Notes under the pieces: generated by a model
What the model was told of the DNA's origin: nothing
Database searches by the model: none
Seen by the model: the letters and a program-made list of their open reading frames with translations, nothing else
Made by a program: the position numbers and the translations under genes
DNA from: an uncultured Pseudomonadales bacterium
Lineage (GTDB): Bacteria; Patescibacteriota; Microgenomatia; UBA1400; UBA12028
Assembly: GCA_964635905.1 (NCBI GenBank)
Contig: CAZWPK010000004.1
Location: 25,012-89,011, forward strand
Length of the DNA stretch: 64,000 bases
Direction: 5' to 3'
Shown here: positions 26,610 through 36,018 of the stretch, piece by piece
Position numbering within the stretch: position 1 is the first letter of the stretch
How the letters are laid out: each line of letters opens with the position of its first letter

Positions 26610-28799
26610 GTGGGACGACGTCGAAAATCTTCACCAATAAAACTACAAATTCGCCAAGACTTGGCATATTCCATTGCAAGCCTAGTGTTTTTTGCGTTTG
26701 CAGGCCTAACAATGTTCGCCTTTCGCGGTGAAGGTCATGTCTTTTCCGTGGTCAATTCACTCCTCCGGGGCTGGTTTGGGGGAACGTCCTTATTAGTTCC
26801 GTTTCTTTTCTTTAGTGCGGGTCTCATGCTCACACGCATTAAATGGGCATTTGCCAAACCGCATGTCTTCTTAGGCGCAATGATTCTGTTTTTGGGAAGT
26901 ACGAGTCTGTTCTCCGAAGGGGCGTTTGGAATTTTAGTCTTTGAATGGCTGGCAGATACCATTTCGGCCACTGGGGCGAGTTTTGTGTCCCTGTTAGTAA
27001 TCATTGCTGGGTTTTTGATCATGACGGATACGGGACTTAACGACATTATTCACTTTATTGGCTCCATCTTTGAAGTGGTACCGAGTAAACCGGTCTTAAA
27101 CGTAAAACCCGTCAAAGGCTTGGAAGAAGAGGAAGAGGAAGGTAAAGACGATGCCAAAGCGGATTTGTTCGCGGATACCAAGATCCAAGTCTTAGATAAT
27201 CCAGTGCCTGCGCACGCAGCACCACTGGTAAAAACAGCATCCCCGGCAATGGACCCAGAAAAGAAAATCGAATTACTTAAAAAAGTAGAAGAAGCAACCG
27301 CGCCAAAAGCGCAACCGGCTAAAAAAGAACCCGATGAACAGAAATTCCAAGTCTGGACATTACCACCCGTTACATTGTTGGATCTCAAATCCGGTGGACA
27401 GGCAAATCGAGGTGATGTGCGTTCCAATGCAGAAGTGATTGAGAAAACCTTAGATTCATTTGGAATTACTGCCCGTATTGTTGAAGTAAACCGCGGTCCT
27501 GCGGTGACGCAATTTGGACTGCAAATTGGAACCGGAACGAAACTGTCAAAGATTACGGGACTGGCCAATGACTTGGCGTTAGCGTTGGCGGCTCCCACGG
27601 GTCAAATCCGTATTGAAGCTCCCATTCCAGGGAAATCCCTCGTCGGTGTGGAAATTCCCAACATCAGTAGTGAATTCGTTACCTTGCGCACCATGCTGTT
27701 ATCCGAGCAAATGAAGAAGGTGCCATCTAAATTGGCAGTTGCCTTAGGCCTAGACGTTTCTGGAAAACCGGTGGTGATTGATATTGGCAAGATGCCACAC
27801 TGTTTGATTGCCGGTGCAACCGGCTCTGGAAAATCTGTCTGTATGAATGCCTTTATCGCCAGTATCTTGTTTCGTGCCACCCCAGAAGAAGTGAAGTTTA
27901 TTATGGTAGATCCCAAGCGAGTGGAACTCACACAGTACAATGACATTCCGCATCTGTTAACCCCAGTGATCACTGATACCCAAAAAGTGTTAGGAACCTT
28001 GCAATGGGCGGTCAATGAAATGAACAATCGCTACAAGCTGTTTGCGGAAGTGGGAGTGCGTAACATTTCTGCGTACAACGAAATGGCAGGATTCCAAGCC
28101 ATGCCGTATATCGTGATCGTCATTGACGAGTTGGCGGACATCATGTTGCTGTCACCAGCCCCAGTCGAAGAAGCCATTACGCGAATCGCGCAAATGGCCC
28201 GTGCCGTCGGGATTCATTTAATCTTGGCTACGCAGCGACCGTCCGTCAACGTCATTACGGGACTGATTAAAGCTAACGTCCCAACCCGTATTGCCTTCAA
28301 TGTGTCATCGATGATTGATTCCCGTGTGATCCTCGATTCGCCAGGTGCCGAAAAATTGCTAGGTCGTGGAGATATGTTATACATCCCACCCGATCAAGCC
28401 AAACCAACCCGTGTCCAAGGAACTTTTGTGGCCGACCATGAAATTTCGCGACTGATTGAATTTATTCGTCAGCAGGGACGACAACCTACCTACGTCCATG
28501 AAATCCAAGAAAAATTCCAAACCGTTGTACCTACTTCTGCAGGAGGATCGAAAGAAGGGGGAACAGCCGATAAGGATGAACAACTGATGGTCGATGCGAT
28601 TCGCGTCATGTTGCAATACAACAAAGCCTCCGTCTCTGTCTTACAGCGACGATTATCGCTTGGATACGGACGTGCCGCACGCATCATGGACATGTTGGCC
28701 GAAGAGGGTGTGGTCGGTGACGATCAAGGCAGCAAAGGGCGTGAGATCAATGTGACCAGGGCACAAGAATTTGTTGCCCAACGTGAAGCAAACGCCTAA
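26610..28799 (+). CDS. ftsK: DNA translocase FtsK/SpoIIIE
   Basis: 4 N-terminal TMs, acidic linker, Walker A 'IAGATGSGKSVCMN', 'VIVIDELADIM', C-terminal gamma winged helix 'DEQLMVDAIRVMLQYNKASVSVLQRRLSLGYGRAARIMDMLAEEGVV'; GTG start. Confidence 0.9.
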   Translation: MGRRRKSSPIKLQIRQDLAYSIASLVFFAFAGLTMFAFRGEGHVFSVVNSLLRGWFGGTSLLVPFLFFSAGLMLTRIKWAFAKPHVFLGAMILFLGSTSLFSEGAFGILVFEWLADTISATGASFVSLLVIIAGFLIMTDTGLNDIIHFIGSIFEVVPSKPVLNVKPVKGLEEEEEEGKDDAKADLFADTKIQVLDNPVPAHAAPLVKTASPAMDPEKKIELLKKVEEATAPKAQPAKKEPDEQKFQVWTLPPVTLLDLKSGGQANRGDVRSNAEVIEKTLDSFGITARIVEVNRGPAVTQFGLQIGTGTKLSKITGLANDLALALAAPTGQIRIEAPIPGKSLVGVEIPNISSEFVTLRTMLLSEQMKKVPSKLAVALGLDVSGKPVVIDIGKMPHCLIAGATGSGKSVCMNAFIASILFRATPEEVKFIMVDPKRVELTQYNDIPHLLTPVITDTQKVLGTLQWAVNEMNNRYKLFAEVGVRNISAYNEMAGFQAMPYIVIVIDELADIMLLSPAPVEEAITRIAQMARAVGIHLILATQRPSVNVITGLIKANVPTRIAFNVSSMIDSRVILDSPGAEKLLGRGDMLYIPPDQAKPTRVQGTFVADHEISRLIEFIRQQGRQPTYVHEIQEKFQTVVPTSAGGSKEGGTADKDEQLMVDAIRVMLQYNKASVSVLQRRLSLGYGRAARIMDMLAEEGVVGDDQGSKGREINVTRAQEFVAQREANA

Positions 28800-28832
28800 C
28801 CAGTTATTTTTCACTGCATCTACAAAAGCACT

Positions 28833-29465
28833 ATGATGAAATCTGTTGGAGAATTATTGCGGTCCAATCGTGAGAAGCAAAAAAAAACGTTAGAATCGAT
28901 TGCTAAAACCACGCAAATTAAACTGGAATATTTGCAAGCTCTAGAAGAGGATGAGTTTCATCGCTTGCCCTCGATTGTTGCCGCAACTGGATTTTTGGTC
29001 ACCTATGCACAAGCCCTAGAGCTAGATCCAACGACTGCCGTTGCTCTCATGCGGCGCGACTTTCCCACGGTGCAAGATGTGTCGTATCCGATTCTAGTGG
29101 TCCGACGACATGCGCGCGAGCAACGAAAACGCATCATTGGGATCGCACTTTCATTATTAGCAGTTTTTCTAGTCTTAGTCTCTGGCTATGGATTTTGGAG
29201 CTATCAGCGCGTCCGACAAGCTCCGCGGGTGACGATTCTTTCCCCAGAAGATGGCGAACAAGTGATCTCTCCAGTGGTGATTCGAGGCAAAACAGCGTCA
29301 GATGCCATCGTCGAAATCGATGGACAATCCATCGGTGTGAATCAAGATGGAGACTTTGTGACCCAACTCGATTTAAATCCGGGCGATCATGTGATCAGTG
29401 TAAATGTGAAAAACCGTTATGGAAACGCTCAGTTAACGCAGGTCATGATCAAGGTAGAAAAGTGA
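28833..29465 (+). CDS. RodZ-like cytoskeleton protein (HTH + TM + C-terminal domain)
   Basis: XRE-type HTH 'SVGELLRSNREKQKKTLESIAKTTQIKLEYLQALEEDEF', TM 'IIGIALSLLAVFLVLVSGYGFW', beta-rich C-terminal domain. Confidence 0.55.
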   Translation: MMKSVGELLRSNREKQKKTLESIAKTTQIKLEYLQALEEDEFHRLPSIVAATGFLVTYAQALELDPTTAVALMRRDFPTVQDVSYPILVVRRHAREQRKRIIGIALSLLAVFLVLVSGYGFWSYQRVRQAPRVTILSPEDGEQVISPVVIRGKTASDAIVEIDGQSIGVNQDGDFVTQLDLNPGDHVISVNVKNRYGNAQLTQVMIKVEK

Positions 29466-29517
29466 TTCAAGACCTGTACAATACGGTGTACGTAGGGAAT
29501 ATATCTGGGAGATACTT

Positions 29518-29811
29518 ATGCAAGATCCAATTGTCATCTTATTAGTGGTTATTGTTGTACTGTTGTCCGTCATCATCGTGTCCTTTTTAGTTGTTCTGAC
29601 GATCGTGCTACTGGCGTTAAAAAAGACATTGATTCAACTGCAAGTTGCCATCGATAACGTGGAAGATACTGCACTGCGATCGTTGTCACCGCTGTTAAAT
29701 CTTCGCTCCATCGTTACCGATTTAGGTGGTTTTATGAGTGCGATTGGTTCGGTTACGTCGTTGTTTGCCAATAAGAAACGCACGAAATCACTCAAAGACC
29801 GTAACGATTAA
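29518..29811 (+). CDS. Small membrane protein (DUF948-like), hypothetical
   Basis: N-terminal TM 'IVILLVVIVVLLSVIIVSFLVVLTIVLL' then helical segment; ~97 aa. Confidence 0.35.
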   Translation: MQDPIVILLVVIVVLLSVIIVSFLVVLTIVLLALKKTLIQLQVAIDNVEDTALRSLSPLLNLRSIVTDLGGFMSAIGSVTSLFANKKRTKSLKDRND

Positions 29812-29849
29812 GCAGATTCTTTTCGTTTCCTTGGTATAATCATTCGGCT

Positions 29850-31733
29850 ATGACGATTTCTTTACTACGCTCTAAGTATCTGGAATTTTTTAAGGCACGT
29901 GGACATGTCATTGTTCCTAGTAGCCCGTTAGTTCCAGAGAATGATCCGACGACCTTGTTCACAGGTTCTGGGATGCAACCCATGATTACCTATCTATTAG
30001 GGGAAACCCATCCGCAAGGAACACGCATTGCAGATTCTCAAAAGTGTTTTCGTTCTCAGGATATCGAAGAAGTCGGTGACAATCGTCATACGACCTTTTT
30101 TGAAATGTTAGGTAACTGGTCCCTTGGAGATTATTTCAAAACCGAACAGATTGAGTGGATTTTTACCTTTCTGACTAGTAAGACCGAGGGATTAGGTTTA
30201 GATCCAAACCGCTTATTTGTCACGGTATTCCGTGGACAAGAAGATATCGGAATTCCCAAAGATACTCAAGCCGTGGACCTTTGGAAAACCCAGTTTAAAT
30301 CGGTGGGAATACTTGCCAAGGATATCGATCATTCGGATAGAGATGGTATGCAGGATGGACGCATTTTCTATTACGAAGCCAAAAAGAATTGGTGGTCACG
30401 TGCTGGGGCTCCGGAGAATATGCCGGTAGGAGAACCGGGAGGACCGGATAGTGAAGTGTTTTATGATTTTGGAGCAGATCGAAAGTTTCATGAGACGTCG
30501 AAATGGAAAGATGAGCCGTGCCATGTGAACTGTGACTGTGGCAGATTTATGGAGATCTGTAACAGTGTGTTCATGACCTACCGGAAAACGGAAGCAGGAT
30601 TTGTGCCCTTAGATCAACAAAATATTGATTTTGGCGGAGGACTGGAACGCATGATTGCAGCGGTGGAGAATACCGTAGACGTCTTTGAAACCGACGCGTT
30701 TTCAACCTTAATTGCAAAAATCGAAGGTCTGTCAGGGAAATCCTATGACAGTAGTGAAACCGTGACGCGATCCATGCGCGTGATTGCAGACCATCTCAAA
30801 GCTGCTGTGATGTTAGCCTCCGATGGAGTCTTTCCATCTAATAAAGGTCAGGGGTATTTTGCCCGTAGACTTTTGCGCCGCTGTATTCGTGTTGCGCATA
30901 CGCTCGGAATTGAAACACAGTTCTTATCAACGTTAGTTCCAGTGGTCATCGATGCCTACAAAGAAGCCTATCCCAATCTCGAGAAGCATTCACAACTAAT
31001 TGTGGAACAAATCGATCAAGAAGAAACCAAGTTTAGAAAAACGCTTGCCAAGGGACTCAAGGAGATTGAAAAAGTCGGAACCTTGGATGGCAATAGTGCT
31101 TTTAAAATGTACGAAACCTATGGCTTCCCACTAGAACTCACGCAAGAAATTGCGATCGAACGCGGACAGCACGTGGATACCGCGCAGTTCCAAGCTGAGT
31201 TTAACAAGCACAAAGAACTGTCTCGTTCTGCTTCCTCAGGAATGTTTAAGGGTGGTCTGGCAGACCAATCCGATATCACCATCAAATACCATACAGCCAC
31301 CCATCTATTGCAAGCAGCACTCCGAAAAATCCTTGGAACCCATGTGCAACAAAAGGGAAGTAACCTCACCGGAGAACGGCTGCGGTTTGATTTCTCTCAT
31401 CCTGCAGCTCTATCCGATGAAGAAAAGAAACAGGTAGAAGATCAGATCAACAGCTGGATAACACAAGATTTGCCGGTTACCAAAGAAATGATGTCAAAGC
31501 AAAAGGCTCTAGATTCTGGAGCTATTGCGTTCTTTATTGAAAAGTATCCCGACGAAGTCTCCGTGTATACGATCGGAAGTGATCCGAAAACAAATTGGAT
31601 TTCGAAGGAACTCTGTGGTGGACCTCATGTCGAACACACCGGAGTAATTGGTCCGATACAAATCTACAAAGAAGAAGCCGTATCTGCAGGGACGAGACGG
31701 ATTTATATTCGACTGAATAGTAAAGTCAACTAA
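29850..31733 (+). CDS. alaS: Alanine--tRNA ligase, short form (catalytic + tRNA-binding + editing domains, no C-Ala domain)
   Basis: 'KYLEFFKARGHVIVPSSPLVPENDPTTLFTGSGMQP', 'FEMLGNWSLGDYFK', editing 'HTATHLLQAALRKILGTH' and 'CGGPHVEHTG'; ends at 627 aa. Confidence 0.9.
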   Translation: MTISLLRSKYLEFFKARGHVIVPSSPLVPENDPTTLFTGSGMQPMITYLLGETHPQGTRIADSQKCFRSQDIEEVGDNRHTTFFEMLGNWSLGDYFKTEQIEWIFTFLTSKTEGLGLDPNRLFVTVFRGQEDIGIPKDTQAVDLWKTQFKSVGILAKDIDHSDRDGMQDGRIFYYEAKKNWWSRAGAPENMPVGEPGGPDSEVFYDFGADRKFHETSKWKDEPCHVNCDCGRFMEICNSVFMTYRKTEAGFVPLDQQNIDFGGGLERMIAAVENTVDVFETDAFSTLIAKIEGLSGKSYDSSETVTRSMRVIADHLKAAVMLASDGVFPSNKGQGYFARRLLRRCIRVAHTLGIETQFLSTLVPVVIDAYKEAYPNLEKHSQLIVEQIDQEETKFRKTLAKGLKEIEKVGTLDGNSAFKMYETYGFPLELTQEIAIERGQHVDTAQFQAEFNKHKELSRSASSGMFKGGLADQSDITIKYHTATHLLQAALRKILGTHVQQKGSNLTGERLRFDFSHPAALSDEEKKQVEDQINSWITQDLPVTKEMMSKQKALDSGAIAFFIEKYPDEVSVYTIGSDPKTNWISKELCGGPHVEHTGVIGPIQIYKEEAVSAGTRRIYIRLNSKVN

Positions 31734-31884
31734 ATTGTTTTTTTCTTACGTACATCTATACTAACTAAATTATGACCGATACTGACAATTCCTACAAAAG
31801 CATGATAAGAGATCTGAATGATCGAAAACGATTGATAGAAAAGATACTTCACCCCAAGGTTCCACTCGAGAAGCTGCGCTTACA

Positions 31885-32172
31885 ATGGAGCTAAATGATG
31901 ATGAAGCAAAACAAAAAGAGGTTGAATTTGTTGATGAACAGGAGAAGAGGAAATCAAACGTTTTTTCAAGAATTGTAGATAGACTACGACATAGGGATGA
32001 AGGCAAAACCAGTGAACCGACAATTCGACAAAAATTAAACTCTGAGCTGGTGGAGCGGTCTGGATCGTCAATATTAAATACGATCCGAAGCAGCAGGGAT
32101 TTTGATGAAATTCGGAGTTTTTCCGCGCTTGATGCAACCTATACTTTGCCTGATCAAATTGTTAAAACTTAA
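31885..32172 (+). CDS. Small hypothetical protein (possibly a gene fragment)
   Basis: 95 aa ORF in an AT-rich stretch; a 40-aa ORF in another frame directly precedes it. Confidence 0.2.
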   Translation: MELNDDEAKQKEVEFVDEQEKRKSNVFSRIVDRLRHRDEGKTSEPTIRQKLNSELVERSGSSILNTIRSSRDFDEIRSFSALDATYTLPDQIVKT

Positions 32173-32634
32173 ATGCGGAACAATTATCACTACTAGAGAG
32201 TAGAATTTATGATTCTTGTGATTCGCGGATTAGGCAACTTCACTTCGAAGTTGCAGGTACTTTTATTGAACAAATAACTGAAGCATCGACTGTACCTGAG
32301 CTGGCTCGAGTCGTTGATATGTATGCAGATCAAATTAACTATGGTGACTCTTACAGCATCATTTTGGATGCAGCAATAAAAAGAAGATTTTCAACAACAA
32401 ACATTGTACATCCAAGCGCGGAAGATATTTATAACACTCGAGACATTGTTGAACGCAAACTCCAGGAAAAAAGACGAGAACTTACATCAAAGACAAAATA
32501 GATAAAGTTGCGAAGTTTTGTGATTTTTATCAATAAACGCATTGTCAAGATTTGTACGTCTGCAGTTGATTTCTTCCCTCATTTCTTCATAATGAGTAGT
32601 ACTCCACTAGCAACTGGAGGGTTCGTTCTACCCT

Positions 32635-34650
32635 ATGAAACTGCCATTTCTTGGCTCCTCTCAACCAGTCCATTCAATCTATTCCATCGCCATCAGTAGT
32701 GGTGTCGTTTGGGCTTCCAGTTGGCATGTAGAGGGAAGTGAGATTAAAGTTGATTCGATTTCTGAACCCATCGAATGGGATAGTAATGATGAAGAAACCT
32801 TGCTAGAAGCAGTAGATACTGCGATAGCAAACTTTCCCGCAGCCGCGGAAATCTTATTTGCTCTTCCTGATGATTGGGTCAATGGTCAGGGAATTGCCCA
32901 AACAAAAAAACCGCTATTACGTACCCTCACGCAAAAGTTAGAACTCCATTCTGTGGGATTTGTCGTGACAGCAGAAGCCGTCATCGCTCGGCTCACGGAA
33001 CAATCCAATACTCCTTTTAGTGCGGTTTGTGTGTTTGTCGAAGAACAATCATTTGTCGTCTCATGTGTGCGTCATGGCCAATCGTCATCACTGATTCGGG
33101 TTGGGAGAAGTGGAGAGAGCGTGAATGATTTGATGGAGGCATTTAGCCGACTCAAAGCAACTGATCTTCCATCCCTCTTAGTTCTCTCAACCTTGTCTGC
33201 TTCCGACGAAGAGTTGCAGGAACTCGCCAATGAGATCACCTCCAATAACTGGAATCCATCGTTATTTCAACAGTTGCCAAAGATCCTCCATATTGAGCCT
33301 AAACAAGTACTCATTGCGGTGTCGCAGACTGGTGGCAAGGAAGTGGCAAAAGTCCTTGGGTTTGCAACTGCCAAACCAGAGGCTGCCCATACACCCCCAA
33401 GCTTCACTCCCGTCGTTGCACCCCAGCAGGAAGAAACTGAAGAGCCAACTCAAGAAGAAGAGCTCGTTCACGACGATGATATGGATGGTCAACGGGCATC
33501 GTTGTTATCCAGACTTCCAAAACCAGTTCTTGTGGGTGGAGTGATTCTTCTTCTCCTGGGTGTAGCCGGAGCACTTGCATCGTTTTTGTTCTTGCCGAAT
33601 CTAACCAAAGCCACGGTGGCAATTACCTCCAAGTCTAATCAGCTTTCCATGAGTCAGACCGTTATTCTAGATCCAAAAGCAGAATCACCTACAGAGTCCA
33701 CACTTCCGGTGAGCCTAAGTTCCACCCAAGTTACCGGTTCCAAAGAAGTCCCGACCACAGGGAAGAAAACCGTGGGAGATAAAGCGAAAGGAACAGTCAC
33801 AATCTATAACAAGACGTCCCAAGCCAAAAGCTTTCCAGCGGGATCCACAGTCAAGTTTGGAAAGTTGTCTTTTGTGACGGATGAAGAAGTGAGTGTTGCT
33901 AGTGCAAGTTCGACGATGAGTGAGACTGTCCATGGGAAAGCCACAGTGAAGGCGACGGCATCCGTACCTGGAGAAGAGAGTAACATTGGATCTAATCAAG
34001 AGCTCATTGTGGGCACCTATGACCAATCGGCGTTCATTGCCAAAAGCGAAACAGCCTTTATAGGTGGTAACAGTAAGAGTGTAACCTCGGTAACGCAAAA
34101 AGATCAGGACGAAGCGGTCAAAGCACTAACAGTCGATTTGAAAGAACAAGCCAAAGAGGCGGTCAAACTTACAGCCAATGAGGTTCAAGAGGTGATTGTT
34201 CTCGATGATCTCGTTGTTACTTCAAAAACCTTTAACCAGCCAGTGGGAGCGGAAGCGAGCTCTGTTTCGGTCACCATGAATGCAAGTGCCTCTGGGTTGC
34301 TGTATACCAAGGGTCAAATGCAATCCTTTGCCAAAGAGAAACTCCAAATCCAAGCTGCGGGGCAGTCCCTTGTGGAACCAAGCGTCACCGTCGAAGTGAC
34401 TGGACAAAAACTACTGGGGAAACAGCAGGTGGAACTTACCCTTGCATTGTCTGCACAAAGTAAGCCAACCGTCGATCCCACCTCGATCGCAAAAATACTG
34501 GCTGGAAAAAATCTAGAAGAAAGTAAAGCCTTTTTGGATTCTCAGGATTCGATTGCATCCTACACCATAACCACATCGCCCTCTTTCTTACGTGTGTTCA
34601 CATCCAAGCTACCTAAGAATGTCGACCATATTACCGTCACCGTTGACTAG
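32635..34650 (+). CDS. Large bitopic membrane protein: cytoplasmic N-domain (possibly actin-like FtsA/PilM-like), TM, Ser/Thr-rich extracellular domain
   Basis: TM 'VLVGGVILLLLGVAGALASFLFL' at ~aa 300; N-terminal 'SIYSIAISSGVVWASSW' resembles the phosphate-1 beta-hairpin of FtsA/PilM; C-terminal 340 aa beta-rich, S/T/K-rich. Confidence 0.45.
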   Translation: MKLPFLGSSQPVHSIYSIAISSGVVWASSWHVEGSEIKVDSISEPIEWDSNDEETLLEAVDTAIANFPAAAEILFALPDDWVNGQGIAQTKKPLLRTLTQKLELHSVGFVVTAEAVIARLTEQSNTPFSAVCVFVEEQSFVVSCVRHGQSSSLIRVGRSGESVNDLMEAFSRLKATDLPSLLVLSTLSASDEELQELANEITSNNWNPSLFQQLPKILHIEPKQVLIAVSQTGGKEVAKVLGFATAKPEAAHTPPSFTPVVAPQQEETEEPTQEEELVHDDDMDGQRASLLSRLPKPVLVGGVILLLLGVAGALASFLFLPNLTKATVAITSKSNQLSMSQTVILDPKAESPTESTLPVSLSSTQVTGSKEVPTTGKKTVGDKAKGTVTIYNKTSQAKSFPAGSTVKFGKLSFVTDEEVSVASASSTMSETVHGKATVKATASVPGEESNIGSNQELIVGTYDQSAFIAKSETAFIGGNSKSVTSVTQKDQDEAVKALTVDLKEQAKEAVKLTANEVQEVIVLDDLVVTSKTFNQPVGAEASSVSVTMNASASGLLYTKGQMQSFAKEKLQIQAAGQSLVEPSVTVEVTGQKLLGKQQVELTLALSAQSKPTVDPTSIAKILAGKNLEESKAFLDSQDSIASYTITTSPSFLRVFTSKLPKNVDHITVTVD

Positions 34651-34665
34651 TCTTCTGCCTGTATT

Positions 34666-35505
34666 TTGAGTACACTGAATGCGTATCCTCCTATGGCAGT
34701 CATTCGTTACACAAAACACCGTCCTGTTTCTCGACCACCAGTACGAACCAAGATCAAACGCGAACGGATGATCAAATTATTTGTGTTGCATCGATTAGCA
34801 CCCTTCTTTCTCATGGCCACCGGTGTATTCTTACTGGTGAGTGTGGTGTTTCCCATTTTAAGCTCGGAATTGAATCGGTCGACGTCGATTCAAGCTGGAG
34901 CAACACAGAATCTCTCTGAATCCGAATTGGCAATGGATTCGATATCTCCGCGAGAATATTTATTACCCACTCCCATTCCGACACCCATCATCGTTTCGGA
35001 CACTCTCGACTTTACCGATCTCTCTAACTGGTTTCCAGATTCGGTTCTTCCTATCGTTGAACCAAAAGAAGAAAAGCGCTATTTGATTTCCATTCCAAAA
35101 GTGAATATTGAAGATGCAGAAGTAGTCGTGGGTGGAAAAGAATTGGATGATCACTTAATCCAATATCCAGGGACATCTTTACCTGGTGATTTTGGAGCTC
35201 CGGTCATCTTTGGTCACTCGGTGTTACGTTCGTTCTATAATCCGGCAAAATCGAATCCACGTCGGTACATTTCCATTTTCTCAAAGATTATGACCTTATC
35301 AAAAGGTGATGAAATTCTCGTAAATGAAGATGGGGTGCACTATCGCTATCAGGTGCTCTCCAAAACCGAAGTTCAACCAACAGATTTATTCATTCTAGAG
35401 CAGCAACGAGATAGCCGACTTCTTAAATTAGTTACCTGTGTTCCGGAAGGGACCTATTTGCGTCGCGGAGTGGTGACGGCAGTCCTTGTAGAATCGAAGC
35501 GATAA
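34666..35505 (+). CDS. Sortase family transpeptidase
   Basis: N-terminal TM; catalytic His 'APVIFGHSVL', Cys 'LKLVTCVPEG', Arg 'LRRGVV' in canonical order. Confidence 0.75.
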   Translation: MSTLNAYPPMAVIRYTKHRPVSRPPVRTKIKRERMIKLFVLHRLAPFFLMATGVFLLVSVVFPILSSELNRSTSIQAGATQNLSESELAMDSISPREYLLPTPIPTPIIVSDTLDFTDLSNWFPDSVLPIVEPKEEKRYLISIPKVNIEDAEVVVGGKELDDHLIQYPGTSLPGDFGAPVIFGHSVLRSFYNPAKSNPRRYISIFSKIMTLSKGDEILVNEDGVHYRYQVLSKTEVQPTDLFILEQQRDSRLLKLVTCVPEGTYLRRGVVTAVLVESKR

Positions 35506-35565
35506 CAAAGCTCTTCGATTTTTCGTGTATACTCACACCATCTTTATACCTGTTCTGATCCGTAT

Positions 35566-35976
35566 ATGAACTATCTTGCCCTCGATTATGGTACTCGTCG
35601 CATTGGCGTGGCTATCGCGACGACACCCTTAGCAGAACCACTCGTCATTGTGCAAAATAAACTGGCAAATGACCAAGCGATTATTACGGACTCCGCACTG
35701 CAATCGATCCTCGACTTAATCAAGCGTCATCAGATTGAAAAAATTGTGGTCGGTGTTTCCGAAGGGAAGACCGCCGAAAAAACACTGCAATTTTGTGAAC
35801 TGTTATCCAAAAAGACAGAGATTGTGATTGAACAAGTGGATGAGACGCTCTCCTCCTTTCATGCCGACGAACTGAGTCAGTTTCAAAAGAAATCGAAACG
35901 CGAAGCCGATAAAGATCACATAGCAGCAGCAAAATTCTTACAAGACTATTTAGATCTCCTACCGCAGACAATCTAA
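35566..35976 (+). CDS. ruvX: Putative pre-16S rRNA nuclease / Holliday-junction-resolvase-like YqgF (RuvX)
   Basis: 'YLALDYGTRRIGVAIATTPLAEPL' RNase H-like N-terminus of YqgF. Confidence 0.8.
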   Translation: MNYLALDYGTRRIGVAIATTPLAEPLVIVQNKLANDQAIITDSALQSILDLIKRHQIEKIVVGVSEGKTAEKTLQFCELLSKKTEIVIEQVDETLSSFHADELSQFQKKSKREADKDHIAAAKFLQDYLDLLPQTI

Positions 35977-36018
35977 GGGTTGTTTGATCGGGAGTTTTTT
36001 TTTACACTGTCACTTCAC

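Noticed and set aside
34666-35505. Sortase taken as evidence that the adjacent 671-aa protein is a pilin/sortase substrate
   Set aside because: The 671-aa protein ends in ...HITVTVD with no LPXTG/LAXTG motif, hydrophobic stretch or basic tail; no other ORF in the window carries a sorting signal either.
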